Notes under the pieces: model-generated
Seen by the model: only the letters and a program-made list of their open reading frames with translations
Database searches by the model: none
What the model was told of the DNA's origin: nothing
Source: Eledone cirrhosa
Lineage: Eukaryota
Length of the DNA: 64,000 bases
NCBI GenBank assembly: GCA_964016885.1
Contig: OZ024753.1
Location: 25,792,001 to 25,856,000, forward strand
Direction: 5' to 3'
Position numbers and translations under genes: made by a program
Shown: piece by piece, positions 45,191 through 56,944 of the stretch
How positions within the stretch are numbered: position 1 is the first letter of the stretch
Layout: each line of letters opens with the position of its first letter

Positions 45191-45613
45191 TTTCTTTTAT
45201 TTGCCACTAGGGCATCAAAAGTGGGACAAGTACAAAGGGGGGAGTTTACACAAAATGGCGTCCTCAATAAGGAGGAGGCAATAACAAAATATAAAAATAA
45301 AATAAGATATAACAAAAATTAAAATTTTTAAGAAAATCCTCAATAGAGAGGAGGCGCCTTGGGGGCAAGTGTGCAACCCTTCTCCTCAGGAGCACAGAGA
45401 AGGGGTGCTCCCTTGGTCTTTCATCTTCCTCACCTATAGTCTGATGTAGAGTGAAGGGCCATTCACACGGGCCATTCTCGCCACTTTCACCCATCTTTCA
45501 TAGAAACGGCTGGGGTGCAGCACCTCTCTCTCCATCCTGATCCTTCTTCCGAAATGATATCGGAAGAAAAGGACCAGTTGTTGGCCAGAGAGAAAGGTGC
45601 CTGACCTCAGTCC
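45190..45613 (-). mobile_element. 5'-truncated copy (3' ~420 bp) of the L1/Tx1 family at the window start
   Basis: Reverse complement matches 1610-2010, e.g. ttccgatatcatttcggaagaaggatcaggatggagaga and ctctctgtgctcctgaggagaagggttgcacact. Confidence 0.92.
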
Positions 45614-45774
45614 TTATAAATATATATATCATATATATGTATCATACATATATAAATATATATATCATATATATGTATCATACATATATAAATATATATA
45701 TCATATATATGTATCATACATATATAAATATATATATCATATATATGTATCATATAAATATATCATATAAACAT

Positions 45775-45959
45775 GTGGATTGGCAGTATCGGTAGAGGAT
45801 CGGACGCCATGCTTTCCTGCATAGTTACGTCCCTTTACCGTCTGTGTTCAAATCCAACCGAAGCTAACTTTGCCTTTCATCCTTACCGGGTCGATAAAAT
45901 AAAGTACCAGTAATGTACTGGCTAATTGCTGGCCTTGTGACAAAAGTAGAAACAATTAT
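45775..45959 (+). mobile_element. tRNA-derived SINE
   Basis: Same family, more diverged. Confidence 0.9.
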
Positions 45960-46009
45960 ATATATATATATATCATATAAATATATATTATATATATATA
46001 TATAATATA

Positions 46010-46275
46010 TAAGAAAAGAGTTTGGACTCCGACGGCTGAGCCCCGGAAGTTTCGTCAGCTAGATCCGACTCTAAGTATTGAGTACTCTGGTGCGTTATGG
46101 TTCACCTGGTTCCTTATCACAACTACATATATAAGAAAGGTGTACTCAATACTTAGGGTAACAGGAAAATGTATGACCCCGACGGCAGAGTTCAAGCCAT
46201 TTCGACGGCTATTTCTAGACTCAAATAGCCGTCGAAACGGCTTGAGCTCTGCCGCCGGAGTCATACATTTTCCTA
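46010..46275. mobile_element. Small inverted-repeat element (MITE-like) with a 52-bp-arm hairpin at 46162-46273, within (TA)n
   Basis: aggaaaatgtatgaccccgacggcagagttcaagccatttcgacggctattt, an 8-nt loop, then the reverse complement with 4 transitions. A related half-site gactccgacggctgag is at 46025. Confidence 0.6.
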
Positions 46276-46895
46276 TATATATAGATATATATATTACACA
46301 TATATGAATACAATATACATCTATTTAGGTATATATTTATATAAACTCCAACAGTGCTATTACATACATTCTGTAGCCTTATATATAGACTTCTAATGAC
46401 TGACAGTGATGCCTTAAAACAATTCAATTGACACCATATTGTACTGTTGTGCTATAAGATAATTATAAACTATCATTGTTTTGATAAGTTTCTACTTTCA
46501 CTGACAATTTTATCGATTTCTACAGGGATTTAAAGATATTTGTGTATGTCTAAATTATCACGATTGCCGAAACAAAATGTTTATTTGCTCTCTATTCGAG
46601 AGAAATCACGAGAAAGTTTATCAATCGTGAAGTTATATAGAGTATTGTAACAAACACATAAAGTTAATTCAATTCGATAGAAATATGTCTTCCGCCTCAG
46701 TTACTGGCATTTATTGTAAACAATGAAACAATTAACTTCTACCTTGCTATATTGACCTATCGGACTATATTCCTATCAAACTAACCATCTGTAATCACAT
46801 ACGGTTATCTCTCTGTCTCTATGTCAATATCATTTCCTAAATATTTAAAGATCTATCTATCTATCTATCCCTCTGTGTCTATATATGTGTATATC

Positions 46896-46958
<63 letters not shown>

Positions 46959-47285
46959 TCATTCTTCCCTCTGTCAAATTCTATACATGTATTTTGCTAT
47001 ATATGTATCACTGTCAATTTAACTACCCCTGACTAATAAAGCTCTTTATATACAATACACACCCCTTAACACAAGCAGACAGACTAAAACACCCGCAAAC
47101 ACACACACATCGACACATTCATACATGAAAGCACACAGCCACACATTCACACATTCTTCAATATATTTGTACGAGAGTTAAACTTTAGGAGATCTATAAT
47201 CGTTTATAGAAATACTCAAGTTACTCATATCCAGACGACATGAAATCTATGCATTCTCTCTTTATAACTCTAACATTTTATTATC

Positions 47286-47648
47286 AATAAATAATTGTTT
47301 CTACTTTTGGCACAAGGCCAGTACATTACTGGTACTTTATTTTATCGACCCGTAAGGATGAAAGGCAAAGTTAACCTTAGCGGGATTTGAACTCAGACCA
47401 TAAAGGGCCATAACTCTTTGCTTGCAAAGCATGGCGTCCGACCCTCTACCTCAATAAATAATTGTTTCTACTTTAGGCACAAGGCCAGCAATTACTCAGT
47501 GCATTACTGGTACTTTATTTTATCAACCCCGTAAGGATGAAAAGCAAAGTCAACCTCGGAGGGATTTGAACTCAGATCGTAAAGGGACGTAACTATGCTG
47601 GAAAGAATGGCGTCCGACCCTCTACCGATACTGCCAATCCACCGCCCC
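47286..47648 (-). mobile_element. Two tandem SINE copies (47286-47450 truncated, 47452-47648 full)
   Basis: Reverse complement of the SINE twice. ctcaataaataa(t) recurs at the junctions (TSD-like). Confidence 0.9.
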
Positions 47649-47899
47649 TCAATAAATAATAGTGTTTAATAAGAGAATTTGAAAATACATTGGACTTCTC
47701 CAAGCTGCAAATAAAAATTACATTTATTTCTTGAATTAAGAATTAATATTAACGGATTATCACTAGAAATTATATACCAATATATTATTTCCCTCGTATA
47801 ATTAGTCATTATTATCATTGAACATTATATATTGAATCACATCACTGAGAATTACAAAGCAAAAAGGCCGTGTTACCATTAATAGAAATTCTCTAGTGC

Positions 47900-48655
47900 T
47901 CATTCGACAATAAAACGCCATGCTTCTCCTTTAACTGGAGAGAACGCACAACATACTCCCACCCTCTTTAATTTTCGGCCGCATTCAGCTGTGTCTACTG
48001 TTTTAAGCTTTCGGTGCGATCATCGGAATTTCTTGGCACTTTCCTTTGAATTCCCAGTGAAATCTCGCAGAGGATGGCGCAGCTGTAGTTACGGGGAAAT
48101 AATTAAGACGGTAGAGGAAGTTCAGAGGTTGCGTGGAGGACTGCGAAATTTAGGGGAAGTTTTAATTTTTGCGAATCGGCTGTGTTGAAACTGACATTAC
48201 AGTTGAGTTGAACGTGGGATGAATGAAGGTGTCAATAAAGTTGAAAGGCCGCACCACGCAGCGTAAATTTTATGAGGGCGAAATATTTCCTCGGGAAGAA
48301 GGGTACGTGATATTCGTCGATGAAATTCACTTTCCCTGATCCTCGCCAAGTCAGCTTGTTTGGTCTTCAGACACTCTCGTATGGCTTTCGAAAGGACTGG
48401 AGAACCGAGAATGTAGGCATTGTCTGTTGGAGACTGATGAGCCCCAGTCAGTGTTCTGCGGATGAATGTTGAGTACGGCGTCTACATGTTCCGGCATAGC
48501 TCACATCACCAAAGAATTGAACGGATTAATATCAAGTTAAATTTTCTGAGAGTCCTCAACGATAGACTCAACAGAGTCACCCTCCCAGTGTCATCTAAAT
48601 ATCAGGCTTCTAAGATTGCAATGTTGTCGTGAAGTGAAGTGAATGGGCCATCTTT
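47900..48655 (-). pseudogene. Decayed CRE-like non-LTR retrotransposon RT fragment
   Basis: With frameshifts the minus strand reads A*YLDD..GDSVESIVED..LDINP, NAYILGSPVLSKAIRECLKTK, ..YFALIKFTLR and CNVSFN..KLPL..ELPLPS. This is collinear with CRE-type WYLDDGTLGG..LLGSPI..LPKL.Y.LR..QA.LP motifs. Confidence 0.65.
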
Positions 48656-49746
48656 CTGAACTATTACTAAAGTTACCACTCTTAAGCTGAACTATTATAT
48701 TCCTAAAGTTACCACTCTTAAGCTGAACTATTATATTACTAAAGTTACCACTCTTAAGCTGAACTATTATATTACTAAAGTTACCACTCTTAAGCTGAGC
48801 TATTATGTTACTAAATTTACCACTCTTAAGCTGAACTATTATATTACTAAAGTTACCACTCTTAAGCTGAGCTATTATATTACTAAAGTTACCACTCTTA
48901 AGCTGAGCTATTATATTACTAAATTTACCACTCTTAAGCTGAACTATTATATTACTAAAGTTACCACTCTTAAGCTGAGCTATTATATTACTAAATTTAC
49001 CACTCTTAAGCTGAACTATTATATTACTAAAGTTACCACGCTTAAGCTGAGCTATTATATTACTAAATTTACCACTCTTAAGCTGAACTATTATATTACT
49101 AAAGTTACCACTCTTAAGCTGAGCTATTATATTACTAAAGTTACCACGCTTAAGCTGAACTATTATATTACTAAAGTTACCATTCTTAAGCTGAACTATT
49201 ATATTACTAAAGTTACCATTCTTAAGCTGAACTATGATATTACTAAAGTTACCATTCTTAAGCTGAACTATGATATTACTAAAGTTACCACTCTTAAGCT
49301 GAACTATTATGTTACTAAAGTTACCACTCTTAAGCTGAACTATTATGTTACTAAAGTTACCACTCTTAAGCTGAACTATTATATTACTAAAGTTACCACT
49401 CTGAAGCTGAACTATTATATTACTAAAGTTACCACTCTTAAGCTGAACTATTATATTACTAAAGTTACCACTCTTAAGCTGAACTATTATATTACTAAAG
49501 TTACCACTCTTAAGCCAAACTATTATATTACTAAAGTTACCACTCTTAAGCTGAACTATTATATTACTAAAGTTACCACTCTTAAGCTGAACTATTATAT
49601 TACTAAAGTTACCACTCTTAAGCTGAACTATTATATTACTAAAGTTACCACTCTTAAGCTGAACTATTAGATTACTAAAGTTACCACTCTTAATCTGAGC
49701 TATTATATTACTAAAGTTACCACTATTATATTACTAAAGTTACCAC

Positions 49747-49938
49747 AGGGCGGTGGATTGGCAGTATCGGTAGAGGGTCGGACGCCATGCTTTCCAGCAT
49801 AGTTATGTCCCATTACGAATTGAATTCAAATCCCGCCGAGGCAGACTTTGCCTTTCATCCTTACAGGGTTGATAAAATAAAGTACCAGTAATGAACTGGG
49901 TATTTTGCTGGCCTTGTGCCTAAAGTAGAAACAATTAT
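49747..49938 (+). mobile_element. Full-length SINE inserted in the 36-bp satellite
   Basis: Starts agggcggtggattggcag and is flanked by ttatattactaaa(g/t)ttaccac on both sides. Confidence 0.93.
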
Positions 49939-50950
49939 ATTACTAAATTTACCACTCTTAAGCTGAACTATTATATTACTAAAGTTACCACTCTTAAGCT
50001 GAACTATTATATTACTAAAGTTACCACTCTTAAGCTGAACTATTATATTACTAAAGTTACCACTCTTAAGCTGAGCTATTATATTACTAAATTTACCACT
50101 CTTAAGCTGAACTATTATATTACTAAAGTTACCACTCTTAAGCTGAACTATTATATTACTAAAGTTACCACGCTTAAGCTGAACTATTATATTACTAAAG
50201 TTACCATTCTTAAGCTGAACTATTATATTACTAAAGTTACCATTCTTAAGCTGAACTATGATATTACTAAAGTTACCACTCTTAAGCTGAACTATTATGT
50301 TACTAAACTTACCACTCTTAAGCTGAACTATTATATTACTAAAGTTACCACTCTTAAGCTGAACTATTATATTACTAAAGTTACCACTCTTAAGCTGAAC
50401 TATTATATTACTAAAGTTACCACGCTTAAGCTGAACTATTATATTACTAAAGTTACCATTCTTAAGCTGAACTATTATATTACTAAAGTTACCATTCTTA
50501 AGCTGAACTATGATATTACTAAAGTTACCACTCTTAAGCTGAACTATTATGTTACTAAACTTACCACTCTTAAGCTGAACTATTATATTACTAAAGTTAC
50601 CACTCTTAAGCTGAACTATTATGTTACTAAAGTTACCACTCTTAAGCTGAACTATTATGTTACTAAAGTTACCACTCTTAAGCTGAACTATTATATTACT
50701 AAAGTTACCACTCTGAAGCTGAACTATTATATTACTAAAGTTACCACTCTTAAGCCGAACTATTATATTACTAAAGTTACCACTCTTAAGCTGAACTATT
50801 ATATTACTAAAGTTACCACTCTTAAGCTGAACTATTATATTACTAAAGTTACCACTCTTAAGCTGAACTATTAGATTACTAAAGTTACCACTCTTAATCT
50901 GAGCTATTATATTACTAAAGTTACCACTATTATATTACTAAAGTTACCAC

Positions 50951-51142
50951 AGGGCGGTGGATTGGCAGTATCGGTAGAGGGTCGGACGCCATGCTTTCCA
51001 GCATAGTTACGTCCCATTACGAATTGAATTCAAATCCCGCCGAGGCAGACTTTGCCTTTCATCCTTACAGGGTTGATAAAATAAAGTACCAGTAATGAAC
51101 TGGGTATTTTGCTGGCCTTGTGCCTAAAGTAGAAACAATTAT
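50951..51142 (+). mobile_element. Duplicate of the satellite-embedded SINE
   Basis: Same private variants (cgaattgaattc, ggcagact) and same junctions, 1204 bp downstream. Confidence 0.93.
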
Positions 51143-54100
51143 ATTACTAAATTTACCACTCTTAAGCTGAACTATTATATTACTAAAGTTACCACTCTTA
51201 AGCTGAACTATTATATTACTAAAGTTACCACTCTTAAGCTGAACTATTATATTACTAAAGTTACCACTCTTAAGCTGAGCTATTATATTACTAAATTTAC
51301 CACTCTTAAGCTGAACTATTATATTACTAAAGTTACCACTCTTAAGCTGAACTATTATATTACTAAAGTTACCACGCTTAAGCTGAACTATTATATTACT
51401 AAAGTTACCATTCTTAAGCTGAACTATTATATTACTAAAGTTACCATTCTTAAGCTGAACTATGATATTACTAAAGTTACCACTCTTAAGCTGAACTATT
51501 ATGTTACTGAACTTACCACTCTTAAGCTGAACTATTATATTACTAAAGTTACCACTCTTAAGCTGAACTATTATATTACTAAAGTTACCACTCTTAAGCT
51601 GAACTATTATATTACTAAAGTTACCACTCTTAAGCTGAACTATTATATTACTAAAGTTACCACTCTTAAGCTGAACTATTATATTACTAAAGTTACCACT
51701 CTTAAGCTGAACTATTATATTACTAAAGTTACCACTCTTAAGCTGAACTATGATGTTACTAAAGTTACCACTGTTAAGCTGAACTATTATATTACTAAAG
51801 TTACCACTCTTAAGCTGAACTATGATATTACAAAAGTTACCACTCTTAAGCTGAACTATGATATTACAAAAGTTACCACTCTTAAGCTGAACTATTATAT
51901 TACTAAAGTTACCACTCTTAAGCTGAACTATTATATTACTAAAGTTACCACTCTTAAGCTGAACTATTATATTACTAAAGTTACCATTCTTAATCTGAAC
52001 TATTATATTACTAAACTTACCACTCTTAAGCTGAACTATGATACTACTAAAGTTACCACTCTTAATCTGAACTATTATATTACTAAACTTACCACTCTTA
52101 AGCTGAACTATTATATTACTAAAGTTACCACTCTTAAGCTGAACTATTATATTACTAAAGTTACCACGCTTAAGCTGAACTATTATATTACTAAAGTTAC
52201 CATTCTTAAGCTGAACTATTATATTACTAAAGTTACCATTCTTAAGCTGAACTATGATATTACTAAAGTTACCACTCTTAAGCTGAACTATTATGTTACT
52301 AAACTTACCACTCTTAAGCTGAACTATTATATTACTAAAGTTACCACTCTTAAGCTGAACTATTATATTACTAAAGTTACCACTCTTAAGCTGAACTATT
52401 ATATTACTAAAGTTACCACTCTTAAGCTGAACTATTATATTACTAAAGTTACCACTCTTAAGCTGAACTATTATATTACTAAAGTTACCACTCTTAAGCT
52501 GAACTATTATATTACTAAAGTTACCACTCTTAAGCTGAACTATGATGTTACTAAAGTTACCACTGTTAAGCTGAACTATTATATTACTAAAGTTACCACT
52601 CTTAAGCTGAACTATGATATTACAAAAGTTACCACTCTTAAGCTGAACTATGATATTACAAAAGTTACCACTCTTAAGCTGAACTATTATATTACTAAAG
52701 TTACCACTCTTAAGCTGAACTATTATATTACTAAAGTTACCACTCTTAAGCTGAACTATTATATTACTAAAGTTACCATTCTTAATCTGAACTATTATAT
52801 TACTAAACTTACCACTCTTAAGCTGAACTATGATACTACTAAAGTTACCACTCTTAATCTGAACTATTATATTACTAAACTTACCACTCTTAAGCTGAAC
52901 TATTATATTACTAAAGTTACCAATCTTAAGCTTAACTATTATATTACTAAAGTTACCCCTCTTAAGCTGAACTATTATATTACTAAAGTTACCATTCTTA
53001 AGCTTAACTATTAGATTACTAAAGTTACCACTCTTAAGCTGAACTATTATATTACTAAAGTTACCACTCTTAATCTGAACTATTAGATTACTAAAGTTAC
53101 CACTCTTAAGCAGAACTATTATATTATTAAAGTTACCACTCTTAAGCTGAACTATTATATTACTAAAGTTACCATTCTTAAGCTGAACTATTATATTACT
53201 AAAGTTACCACGCTTAAGCTGAACTATTATATTACTAAAGTTACCATTCTTAAGCTGAACTATTATATTACTAAAGTTACCATTCTTAAGCTGAACTATG
53301 ATATTACTAAAGTTACCACTCTTAAGCTGAACTATTATGTTACTGAACTTACCACTCTTAAGCTGAACTATTATATTACTAAAGTTACCACTCTTAAGCT
53401 GAACTATTATATTACTAAAGTTACCACTCTTAAGCTGAACTATTATATTACTAAAGTTACCACTCTTAAGCTGAACTATTATATTACTAAAGTTACCACT
53501 CTTAAGCTGAACTATTATATTACTAAAGTTACCACTCTTAAGCTGAACTATTATATTACTAAAGTTACCACTCTTAAGCTGAACTATGATGTTACTAAAG
53601 TTACCACTGTTAAGCTGAACTATTATATTACTAAAGTTACCACTCTTAAGCTGAACTATGATATTACAAAAGTTACCACTCTTAAGCTGAACTATGATAT
53701 TACAAAAGTTACCACTCTTAAGCTGAACTATTATATTACTAAAGTTACCACTCTTAAGCTGAACTATTATATTACTAAAGTTACCACTCTTAAGCTGAAC
53801 TATTATATTACTAAAGTTACCATTCTTAATCTGAACTATTATATTACTAAACTTACCACTCTTAAGCTGAACTATGATACTACTAAAGTTACCACTCTTA
53901 ATCTGAACTATTATATTACTAAACTTACCACTCTTAAGCTGAACTATTATATTACTAAAGTTACCACTCTTAAGCTGAACTATTATATTACTAAAGTTAC
54001 CACGCTTAAGCTGAACTATTATATTACTAAAGTTACCATTCTTAAGCTGAACTATTATATTACTAAAGTTACCATTCTTAAGCTGAACTATGATATTACT

Positions 54101-56014
54101 AAAGTTACCACTCTTAAGCTGAACTATTATGTTACTAAACTTACCACTCTTAAGCTGAACTATTATATTACTAAAGTTACCACTCTTAAGCTGAACTATT
54201 ATATTACTAAAGTTACCACTCTTAAGCTGAACTATTATATTACTAAAGTTACCACTCTTAAGCTGAACTATTATATTACTAAAGTTACCACTCTTAAGCT
54301 GAACTATTATATTACTAAAGTTACCACTCTTAAGCTGAACTATTATATTACTAAAGTTACCACTCTTAAGCTGAACTATGATGTTACTAAAGTTACCACT
54401 GTTAAGCTGAACTATTATATTACTAAAGTTACCACTCTTAAGCTGAACTATGATATTACAAAAGTTACCACTCTTAAGCTGAACTATGATATTACAAAAG
54501 TTACCACTCTTAAGCTGAACTATTATATTACTAAAGTTACCACTCTTAAGCTGAACTATTATATTACTAAAGTTACCACTCTTAAGCTGAACTATTATAT
54601 TACTAAAGTTACCATTCTTAATCTGAACTATTATATTACTAAACTTACCACTCTTAAGCTGAACTATGATACTACTAAAGTTACCACTCTTAATCTGAAC
54701 TATTATATTACTAAACTTACCACTCTTAAGCTGAACTATTATATTACTAAAGTTACCACTCTTAAGCTTAACTATTATATTACTAAAGTTACCCCTCTTA
54801 AGCTGAACTATTATATTACTAAAGTTACCATTCTTAAGCTTAACTATTAGATTACTAAAGTTACCACTCTTAAGCTGAACTATTATATTACTAAAGTTAC
54901 CACTCTTAATCTGAACTATTAGATTACTAAAGTTACCACTCTTAAGCAGAACTATTATATTATTAAAGTTACCACTCTTAAGCTGAACTATTATATTACT
55001 AAAGTTACCACTCTTAAGCTGAACTATTATATTACTAAAGTTACCATTCTTAATCTGAACTATTATACTACTAAAGTTACCACTCTTAATCTGAACTATT
55101 ATATTACTAAACTTACCACTCTTAAGCTGAACTATGATACTACTAAAGTTACCACTCTTAATCTGAACTATTAGATTACTAAAGTTACCACTCTTAAGCA
55201 GAACTATTATATTATTAAAGTTACCACTCTTAAGCTGAACTATTATATTACTAAAGTTACCACTCTTAAGCTGAACTATTAGATTACTAAAGTTACCACT
55301 CTTCAGCTGAACTATTATATTACTAAAGTTACCATTCTTAAGCTGAACTATTATATTACTAAAGTTACCCCTCTTAAGCTGAACTATTATATTACTAAAG
55401 TTACCACTCTTAAGCTTAACTATTAGATTACTAAAGTTACCATTCTTAAGCTGAACTATTATATTACTAAAGTTACCACTCTTAAGCTGAACTATTATAT
55501 TACTAAAGTTACCACTCTTAAGCTGAACTATTATATTAGTAAAGTTACCACTCTTAAGCTGAACTATTATATTACTAAAGTTACCACTCTTAAGCTGAAC
55601 TATTATATTACTAAAGTTACCTCACTTAAGCTGAACTATTATATTATTAAGTTACCTCTCTTAAGCTGAACTATTATTTTACTAAAGTTACCACTCTTAA
55701 GCTGAACTATTAGATTACTAAAGTTACCACTCTTAAGCTGAACTATTATATTACTAAAGTTACCACTCTTAAGCTGAACTATTATATTACTAAAGTTACC
55801 ACTCTTAAGCTGAACTATTAGATTACTAAAGTTACCACTCTTCAGCTGAACTATTATATTACTAAAGTTACCAGTCTTAAGCTGAACTATTATATTACTA
55901 AAGTTACCACTCTTAATCTGAACTATTATATTACTAAAGTTACCACTCTTAAACTGAACTATTATATTACTAAAGTTACCATTCTTAAGCTGAACTATTA
56001 TATTACTAAAGTCA

Positions 56015-56235
56015 TAATTGATTCTACTTTAGGCACAAGGCCAGCAATTACCCAGTGCATTACTGGTACTTTATTTTATCGACCCCTTAAGGATGAAAGG
56101 CAAAGTCAACCTCGGCGGGATTTGAACTCAGATCGTAAAGGGTGGTAACTATGCTAGAAAGCATATATTACTAAAGTAATAATGATGGTGGATTGGCAGT
56201 ATCGGTAGAGGGTCGGACGCCATGCTTTGAAGCAT
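56015..56235. mobile_element. SINE pieces at the satellite edge: 3' part on minus (56015-56163), 5' part on plus (56187-56235)
   Basis: Reverse-complement SINE body, then ggtggattggcagtatcggtagagggtcggacgccatgc. Confidence 0.85.
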
Positions 56236-56621
56236 GGTTAACTTTGGTAACTCTTATCTGAACTATTATATTCGTCAGTAATCAGTGTTTGGGTTTGTCT
56301 CCTATTATAATTTTAATTCGAGAATTGATGTTAAAGACAATGTAGAGCTCTGGTGTTATACAAACAAGATCTGCTGGTTTGCTACCAAGTGTCACCCACA
56401 ATCTCTGATACTCATATATTATGAAAGCCTCACTGAACATATGTTTGTAGGTCCCTTTCCAACTATATCGCACATCATGTGCGATGGTCGGCTGTTACTT
56501 TCATAGGCAGGGTTCGAAGGAGTGATGCTAGAGCTGTGAAACCTTGCATGCACTAATTTCAACTCTTTTAATTAATAACTGCATTGTTTCTTTGCAGGGA
56601 CTATGTTGTAATATAAACCTC

Positions 56622-56895
56622 ATTTAGTCATTCCATGAGAGTATCTTAGTCAGTTTATTCCAGTTGGTCATTCCATAAGAGTATGTTGGTCAAGCTATTC
56701 CAGTTGGTCATTCCATGAGAGTATCCTGGTCAACCTATTCCAGTTGTTCATTCCATGAGAGTATCTTGGTCAAGCTATTCCAGCTGGTCATTCCATGAGA
56801 GTATCTTGGTCAAGCTATTCCAGTTGGTCATTCCATGAGAGTATCCTGGTCAACCTATTCCAGTTGTTCATTCAATGAGAGTATCTTGGTCATTT
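56622..56895. repeat. 40-bp minisatellite, ~7 copies (cagttggtcattccatgagagtatcttggtcaagctattc)
   Basis: Directly visible. Confidence 0.95.
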
Positions 56896-56944
56896 TATTA
56901 ACTGTTCAACTGCCCCTCGTATACCAGCGAATTTTGCTAGTAAT

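Larger units (their letters stand above)
48656..56012. repeat. 36-bp satellite, ~195 monomers (ctgaactattatattactaaagttaccactcttaag)
   Basis: Directly visible; interrupted by two SINE copies. Confidence 0.99.

Noticed and set aside
46020-46065. Minus-strand CUGACGA with a hairpin as a hammerhead
   Set aside because: It has CAAA in place of GAAA and no stem I partner.
47950-48310. CpG-richer island with donor-like AAGG|gtacgt as a first exon or promoter
   Set aside because: It is better explained as a decayed CRE-like RT on the minus strand.
48385-48450. ctgatga plus upstream gaaa as a hammerhead
   Set aside because: Stems II and III do not form, and it lies within the RT remnant.
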